A stretch of DNA of 64,000 nucleotides, taken from Planctomycetota bacterium. Lineage in GTDB: Bacteria; Planctomycetota; UBA1135; UBA2386. The stretch covers positions 5,856,001 through 5,920,000 of the forward strand of contig OZ245006.1 in the NCBI GenBank assembly GCA_965223545.1. The letters run 5' to 3'. Of the stretch, positions 58,766-64,000 are shown piece after piece (within the stretch, counting starts at the first letter, position 1; each line of letters begins with the position of its first letter). A program made the position numbers and the translations under genes. Below the pieces are notes generated by a model. The model saw only the letters and a list, made by a program, of their open reading frames with translations, was not told where the DNA came from and did no database searches.

Positions 58766-60283
58766 ATGAGATGGCTATCCGCCTTGGGGGTGGCGTTGGG
58801 GTTGGCCTGGATCGCTTGCAACTCGGGGCCGAGCAGGGCTGAGGATGTGATCGAGCCCGCCGCGGACTCCGGAGCCGCGGCGGAGCTCTTCGCGCGCCAC
58901 TGCGCGGTTTGCCACGGCGCGACGGGTCGCGGCGACAGCGAGGTCGCGCGCCGTCTGCTGCCGCCGCCCCGCGACTTCGCCACCGCCGTGTTCCGCCTGG
59001 TCAGCACCGAGAACGGGATTCCGACCGACGAGGATCTGGTGCGCACTCTGCGCCGCGGCATCCCGGGCTCGGCGATGCCTTCGTTCGCGTGGCTCGACGA
59101 CGGTGAGCTCGCAGGCCTCGCCCGATACGTCCGCGCGCTGGCGGTCGCAGGGTTGGCACCGCAGATCGGGGCCGCTGCGGCTGCGTCGGGTGAGAAACTC
59201 GACCGACATGCAGCGCTGGCGCAGGCGCGATCGAGGTTGGAGCCCGGTGTCGAAGTCGAAACCGGGCTGCCTGTGCGGCCGAGCGCAGATGCGATGGCTC
59301 GCGGCCGGACCCTGTATGTGCGGTACTGTGCGGAATGCCACGGCGAAGACGGGACCGGCGGTCCGGAGCGGTCCCCCGTAGGCGGTGCATCTGGCCACGA
59401 GGCACCGCGCGATTTCACGGCAGGGATTCTCGCCGGCGGCTCCCGGCATCGGGATCTGGCGCGCCGGATTCGCGCCGGGATGCCGGGGACATCGATGGCC
59501 GCAACCGAGCTCGGCACCGATGAGCTCGGGCCCCTCGTCACCTACGTGCAGAGTCTCCTGCGTGCCGACACCGGCGACCGCCTCGTTCAACGGCGCGAGC
59601 AGGTCGTCGCCGACCGCGCGGGACCGGGGCGCCTGCCGGTCGAGCCGGGCGACCCACAGTGGTCGGCCGCGGTGGAGGTCGAGATCGTGTTGGCGCCGTT
59701 GCGTTGGAGTGACGGGGCCGTCGTGCGCGCGGCGGTCAGCGCGATGCACGATGGTCGAGACCTGGCGATCCGCCTGCGTTGGCGGGACCAGTCTCGAAAC
59801 GACGCGATCGGCAGCGCGGCGCACCTCGACGCGGCTGCCGTGCAGCTCTCGGCCGCGGATCGGCCGCCGCTGATGGGGATGGGGTCGGCCGACCGCCCGA
59901 CCTCGATTTGGCACTGGCGGCCTGTGTGGCCGGAAGAGGAGGCAGCCCTCGTCGACCGCGCGAACCCGGTCGCGCACGGGTGGCGCAGCGATGCGGTCGA
60001 GCGCCTGCGCCGCGCGCACGGCCGCGCGGTTCAGGTCGAGGGCAGCGGTTCGGCCAGTCGATTCGCGTCCGAGGCCACGCCGCTCGAGGCGCATGCCCGC
60101 TGGGAGGCGGGTGAGTGGAGCGTCGTGTTCCGTCGATCTTTGGCGGCGCGGACGCCGGGCGAACCGGCGTTGACCCCGGGCGAGGCGATGCAGCTCTCGG
60201 TCGCGATCTGGAACGGTGCCGTGGCGACCCACGACTCCGACAAGTCGTTCTCGATTTGGCATGCGCTGGAGCTGTGGCGCTGA
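58766..60283 (+). CDS. Di-heme c-type cytochrome lipoprotein fused to an ethylbenzene-dehydrogenase-gamma-like (EB_dh) domain
   Basis: Lipobox WIAC; CAVCH (58901) and CAECH (59327), each followed by PRDF and a P-G-x-x-M Met ligand; C-terminal LRWRD, DAAAVQ, LMGMG, IWHW, WSVVFRR, AIWNG, DKSFS. Confidence 0.88.
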   Translation: MRWLSALGVALGLAWIACNSGPSRAEDVIEPAADSGAAAELFARHCAVCHGATGRGDSEVARRLLPPPRDFATAVFRLVSTENGIPTDEDLVRTLRRGIPGSAMPSFAWLDDGELAGLARYVRALAVAGLAPQIGAAAAASGEKLDRHAALAQARSRLEPGVEVETGLPVRPSADAMARGRTLYVRYCAECHGEDGTGGPERSPVGGASGHEAPRDFTAGILAGGSRHRDLARRIRAGMPGTSMAATELGTDELGPLVTYVQSLLRADTGDRLVQRREQVVADRAGPGRLPVEPGDPQWSAAVEVEIVLAPLRWSDGAVVRAAVSAMHDGRDLAIRLRWRDQSRNDAIGSAAHLDAAAVQLSAADRPPLMGMGSADRPTSIWHWRPVWPEEEAALVDRANPVAHGWRSDAVERLRRAHGRAVQVEGSGSASRFASEATPLEAHARWEAGEWSVVFRRSLAARTPGEPALTPGEAMQLSVAIWNGAVATHDSDKSFSIWHALELWR

Positions 60284-60457
60284 CGCTTGGCCAGCCGACC
60301 GGCGTATTGCGCTGCGCGCCATCGCTGACGTTGACGGAAGGGACTGGCGCCAGGCAGGAGCAGTTGGCGAACGAATCGTGAAAGCCGGTGCGTGCCCGGC
60401 TGTTGTAGCGAAGAGGTGTCGTGGACCAATTCGGCTGCGACGACCACCGCCACAACC

Positions 60458-61348
60458 ATGATTCTCTACCGTTCCATCCCGATCGCTCTCTTGATTGCCG
60501 CCCTGTTCACTGCGTGCGCCGCTACGCCGAAGCAGGCCTCTCCTTCCCCGTCCGGCATCGATCCTTCCTGGAACGATCGACTTCTCTCTCCCGTGAGCCA
60601 ACCGACTCTGTTCGAGAGCCCGGTGGTCGTTTCGGAGATTCGCCCGTTTGCGCTGCACCAGGATCTTCCTGAGAGCTCCGTGTTCGGTGGAGGCGACTTC
60701 CAACTCTACGCCGCACAGGCTCGGTTCGCGGTTACGGACCGGCTGGCGTTGATTGCGACGAAGGACGGGTTCATCGATCTCAACCCCGGTGGTGGTGGCG
60801 ATGAGCGCGGTTGGGCGAATCTCGCCGCGGGCGTCAAGTTTGCTGCCGTCGAGAACGAACGCGCCGGATTGATCGTCACTCCGGGCCTGGTGTTCGAGGC
60901 CGATTCCGGCGACCACGATGTGTTTCAGGGCAACGGCGATGGCATTCTGCGACCATTCGTCAGCGCTGGCCTCGATCGGGGAAAGTTCAACGTGCTCGCC
61001 GCTGTGGGCTACAACCAGGCGATCGACACCGATGCCAACTCTTCGTCGGTCGACTACCACGCGCACATCGACTACGAGATCGCGCCGAACGTCTACCCCT
61101 TGGTCGAAGCCAACGGCATCACCTACACGGACAACGGCAACGCACTACCGGTCAACTTCGAGGGTGGTGATCTGATCAACCTCGGCGCGACGGACGTGCG
61201 CGACCAGACCGTCGTGACGGGAGCCGTTGGGGCGAGGTTTCGCGTCTCTCCCTGCGCCGAGTTCGGTGGTGTCTACGAATTCCCGCTGAGCGGTCGGCGT
61301 GACTTGTTCGACCAGCGCTTCATGCTCGACTTCATTTGGCGGTTCTGA
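60458..61348 (+). CDS. Hypothetical outer-membrane beta-barrel-like protein
   Basis: Lipobox-like LFTAC; SPVSQPTLFESP; amphipathic strands; ends LDFIWRF. Confidence 0.7.
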   Translation: MILYRSIPIALLIAALFTACAATPKQASPSPSGIDPSWNDRLLSPVSQPTLFESPVVVSEIRPFALHQDLPESSVFGGGDFQLYAAQARFAVTDRLALIATKDGFIDLNPGGGGDERGWANLAAGVKFAAVENERAGLIVTPGLVFEADSGDHDVFQGNGDGILRPFVSAGLDRGKFNVLAAVGYNQAIDTDANSSSVDYHAHIDYEIAPNVYPLVEANGITYTDNGNALPVNFEGGDLINLGATDVRDQTVVTGAVGARFRVSPCAEFGGVYEFPLSGRRDLFDQRFMLDFIWRF

Positions 61349-61359
61349 CCGAGCTGCTT

Positions 61360-61378
61360 GCGGGTGTTCCCAACCCGC
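61360..61378. terminator. Short hairpin between convergent genes
   Basis: GCGGGT-GTTCCCA-ACCCGC. Confidence 0.35.
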
Positions 61379-61380
61379 CG

Positions 61381-63549
61381 TCAGGTCTCGGTGGCGCGCC
61401 GCCGCAGGCCCTCGCCGGGGGCGAAGCGCTCGCCGTGGGTCGCGGTCATTTGCTCGAGCGTCTGCGTCAGGTGCGCGAAGCCGAGCTTTCGCGCGTAGCG
61501 CGCGATGCCGCCGCGGAACGGCGCGAACCCCGTGCCCATGACCATGCCCAAGTCGAGGTCGGCCTCGCTCTCGACGATGCCGTCGTCGAGACAGCGGAAC
61601 GCCTCGTCGATCATCGGATACAGCAGGCGGTGCAGGATCTCGGCCCCGGGGGTCGCGCGGGGCGCCGCGCCGGCCTCGCGCCGCAGGCGATCGAGGACGC
61701 TGCGCGCCGGTCCGGGTTGGTTGCCGCTCTTGTCGTAGAGCGCGCCGCCGGTCTTCTGGCCGAGGTGGCCGCTGTCGGCGATGGCCCGAAACAGCGGGCT
61801 GCCGACGGCGCGCGGCGAGCTGTCGGTGCCGGCCTCGGCGGTGCTGGCTTCGGCGGCGACGTGCGCGAGGACGTCGAAGCCGACCTCGTCCATCAGCCGC
61901 GCCGGCCCCATCGGCATGCCGAAGTTGACCAGCGCGCGGTCGAGATCCTCGGGAGCGGTGCCCTCGATCATCATGCGCGCCGCTTCGTTGAGGTAGGGCG
62001 ACAGACAGCGGTTGACCAGGAAACCGGGGGCGTCGCGCACGACGATCGGAAACTTGCCCAGCGCGGTGGCCAGCCGGCAGCCGGACGCCACGGCCTCTTC
62101 GCTGGTGTGCGCGCCGCGCACGACCTCGACCAGCGGCATCTTCTCGGGTGGGTTGAAGAAGTGCAGGCCGACGACGCGCTCGGGATGGGGCAGATCCTCG
62201 GCCATGGCGTCGACCGACAGCGACGACGTGTTGGTGGCGATGATCGCGTCGCGCGGCAGGCCGCGTGCCGCGGCCTGCTCGAACAGCCGGCGCTTCAGCG
62301 TCAGGTTCTCGGTGACTGCCTCGAGGAACAGATCGGTGCGGGTGAGGTTGCCCCACTCGGTCGACACCGCGAGGCGGTCGAGCTGGGCCTGGGCCTCGTG
62401 CTTCTTCAGGCGCTTGCGCGCTACTCTCTTGCCGACGGCCTTCGCCAGCCGTGCCTTGGCCGCGGCCAGCACGCCGCCGTCGAGGTCGCACAGGCGCGCG
62501 GCGATGCCGCGCGACGCCATCAGGCCGGCAATGCCCGCACCCATCGCGCCGCCACCGACCACGACCGCGCGCTGCACCGCGCGCGCGCGGCTGTCCTTGC
62601 CCAGCTTCTTGGCGCGTTCGGTGAGGAAGAACAGGTGCACCAGGTTGCGGCTCTGCTCGCCGACGATCAGCTCGCCGAGCGCCCGCGCCTCCGCGTCGAA
62701 GCCGCGCGCGACGGGCAGGCGCAGTGCGTCGAGGCAGCACTCGAGCGCCCGCTTCGGTGCCTCGTAGTGCCGCGCCTGGGGGCGGTCGAGCTGCTTGCGC
62801 GCCTGGCTGGCGATCAGCGATCGCACCGGCGGCAGCAGCTGCGCGGCCCGCGCCAGGCCGCGCAGCCGGCGGCGCGGCGCCTTGGCGTTGCGGGCGAAGA
62901 GCTTCTCGACCTCTTGGCGCGCGGCTTCGAGCAAGCGTTCGCTCGGCACGACCCGGTCGACCACGCCGCGCCGCAGGGCGGGGACGGCGCGCAGCAGCTT
63001 GCCGGCGAGAATCATGTCGAGTGCAGCGGGCAGACCGATCAGCCGGGTGAGGCGCTGCGTGCCGCCGAAGCCCGGCAGGATGCCGAGCTTGACCTCGGGC
63101 AGGCCGATGCTGGTCGCCGGATGGTCGCTGGCGATGCGCACGTCGAAGCCGAGCGCCATCTCCAGGCCGCCGCCGAGACACGGGCCCTCGATCGCGCCGA
63201 CGACGGGCACGGAGAGCTCGCCGAAGCGGCCGAACAGCGCCTGGCCGCGCGCCGCGCCGCGCACGGCTTCTTCGACCGAGCTCAGCGTCTCGAACATCTT
63301 GATGTCGGCGCCGGCGGCGAACATGCCGGTGGTCGGGCCGGTGACGATCACGCCACGCAGGCCGTTCTGGCTGCGCAGCTGGCTGATCGCCGCGTCGAGC
63401 GATTCGAGCCGTTCGGCGGTGAGCGTCAGCATCGACTCGCTCGCGGCCCCGAGCCGGAGCAAGGCGATGCCGTCGTCGCCGAGCTGCAGCTGCACGCGGC
63501 CTTCTTCGGCGGCGGGGGCTGCACGGTCACTGCGGGTTGCGGATGTCAT
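61381..63549 (-). CDS. fadJ: Fatty-acid beta-oxidation multifunctional enzyme alpha subunit (enoyl-CoA hydratase / 3-hydroxyacyl-CoA dehydrogenase)
   Basis: FAAGADI, CLGGGLE, GLPEVKLGILPGFGGTQRL, VGGGAMGAGIA, ATNTSSL, HFFNP. Confidence 0.95.
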   Translation of the reverse strand: MTSATRSDRAAPAAEEGRVQLQLGDDGIALLRLGAASESMLTLTAERLESLDAAISQLRSQNGLRGVIVTGPTTGMFAAGADIKMFETLSSVEEAVRGAARGQALFGRFGELSVPVVGAIEGPCLGGGLEMALGFDVRIASDHPATSIGLPEVKLGILPGFGGTQRLTRLIGLPAALDMILAGKLLRAVPALRRGVVDRVVPSERLLEAARQEVEKLFARNAKAPRRRLRGLARAAQLLPPVRSLIASQARKQLDRPQARHYEAPKRALECCLDALRLPVARGFDAEARALGELIVGEQSRNLVHLFFLTERAKKLGKDSRARAVQRAVVVGGGAMGAGIAGLMASRGIAARLCDLDGGVLAAAKARLAKAVGKRVARKRLKKHEAQAQLDRLAVSTEWGNLTRTDLFLEAVTENLTLKRRLFEQAAARGLPRDAIIATNTSSLSVDAMAEDLPHPERVVGLHFFNPPEKMPLVEVVRGAHTSEEAVASGCRLATALGKFPIVVRDAPGFLVNRCLSPYLNEAARMMIEGTAPEDLDRALVNFGMPMGPARLMDEVGFDVLAHVAAEASTAEAGTDSSPRAVGSPLFRAIADSGHLGQKTGGALYDKSGNQPGPARSVLDRLRREAGAAPRATPGAEILHRLLYPMIDEAFRCLDDGIVESEADLDLGMVMGTGFAPFRGGIARYARKLGFAHLTQTLEQMTATHGERFAPGEGLRRRATET

Positions 63550-64000
63550 GGTGCCTCCAACACGATCGCTTGGCCCTGGCCGCCGCCGACGCACAGGCTG
63601 GCGAGACCGTAGCGCGCGCCGCGGCGGCGCATCTCGTGGGCCAAGGTGAGGGTGATGCGGGCGCCGGACGCCGCGATCGGATGGCCGAGCGCGATGGCGC
63701 CGCCGTTGACGTTGAGCCGGGCGGGGTCGATCTCGCCGATCGCCCCGTCGGTGCCGACCTGCTCGCGGCAGTAGCGCTCGTCGGCGAACGCGCGCACGCA
63801 GCCCAGGACCTGCGCGGCGAACGCCTCGTTGATCTCGAACAGCTCGATGTCGTCGAAGCCGACCCCCGCCGCCGCCAGCGCGCGGGGCGTCGCGTGCACT
63901 GGGCCGAGGCCCATCACGGCGGGGTCGAGGCCGGCCCGCGCCTGTCCGCGGATCAGCGCCAACGGCTCCAGGGAGAGCTCCTTGGCCTTCGCCACCGAGG
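63546..64000 (-). CDS. fadA: Thiolase (acetyl-CoA C-acyltransferase), 3' part only
   Basis: [31 protein letters not shown] overlap with fadJ. Confidence 0.93.
   Translation of the reverse strand, partial: SVAKAKELSLEPLALIRGQARAGLDPAVMGLGPVHATPRALAAAGVGFDDIELFEINEAFAAQVLGCVRAFADERYCREQVGTDGAIGEIDPARLNVNGGAIALGHPIAASGARITLTLAHEMRRRGARYGLASLCVGGGQGQAIVLEAP

Noticed and set aside
60284..60457. Possible riboswitch (AGCCGGTGCGTGCCCGGCT hairpin) upstream of the outer-membrane gene
   Set aside because: The conserved cobalamin, TPP or c-di-GMP core sequences are not recognisable; only a generic GC hairpin. An Rfam scan would settle it.

Overview
A 64 kb, very GC-rich, gene-dense bacterial window with about 52 protein-coding loci and no rRNA, tRNA or CRISPR array. 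ECF-sigma/Ser-Thr-kinase pairs, sulfatases, and FG-GAP or WDG-repeat secreted proteins suggest Planctomycetota (inference). Most long ORFs in the supplied track are GC-rich shadow frames, so starts were re-called from overlaps, RBS and motifs. Contents from left to right: a two-gene RdgC-like pair, a parvulin PPIase and two lipoproteins; lsrF-lsrE; an 11-gene cluster of unknown function (LtaS/sulfatase-fold membrane enzyme, RibD-reductase-like protein, MDR dehydrogenase, GT4, CDP-alcohol phosphotransferase, four methyltransferases); a relic islet (ParD/ParE-like TA pair with a clear promoter and operator, plus a decayed tyrosine recombinase); a YtrA-type GntR/ABC operon with its operator; a GHKL ATPase with an Ig-like insert next to two back-to-back ECF-kinase modules; tandem PhoD and two sulfatases (one frameshifted); a third ECF-kinase module among secreted beta-propeller proteins; GNAT, NhaC, a cytochrome c/EB_dh fusion, an outer-membrane protein and fadJ/thiolase. 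The strongest candidates for new biology are (1) the RibD-like/CDP-alcohol phosphotransferase/LtaS-like cluster as a surface or lipid modification pathway, (2) a roughly 120-aa C-terminal domain shared by five different secreted proteins, possibly a sorting or anchoring signal, and (3) the ECF-kinase modules and the adjacent GHKL-Ig ATPase. All family calls come from motif recognition by eye; no searches were run.
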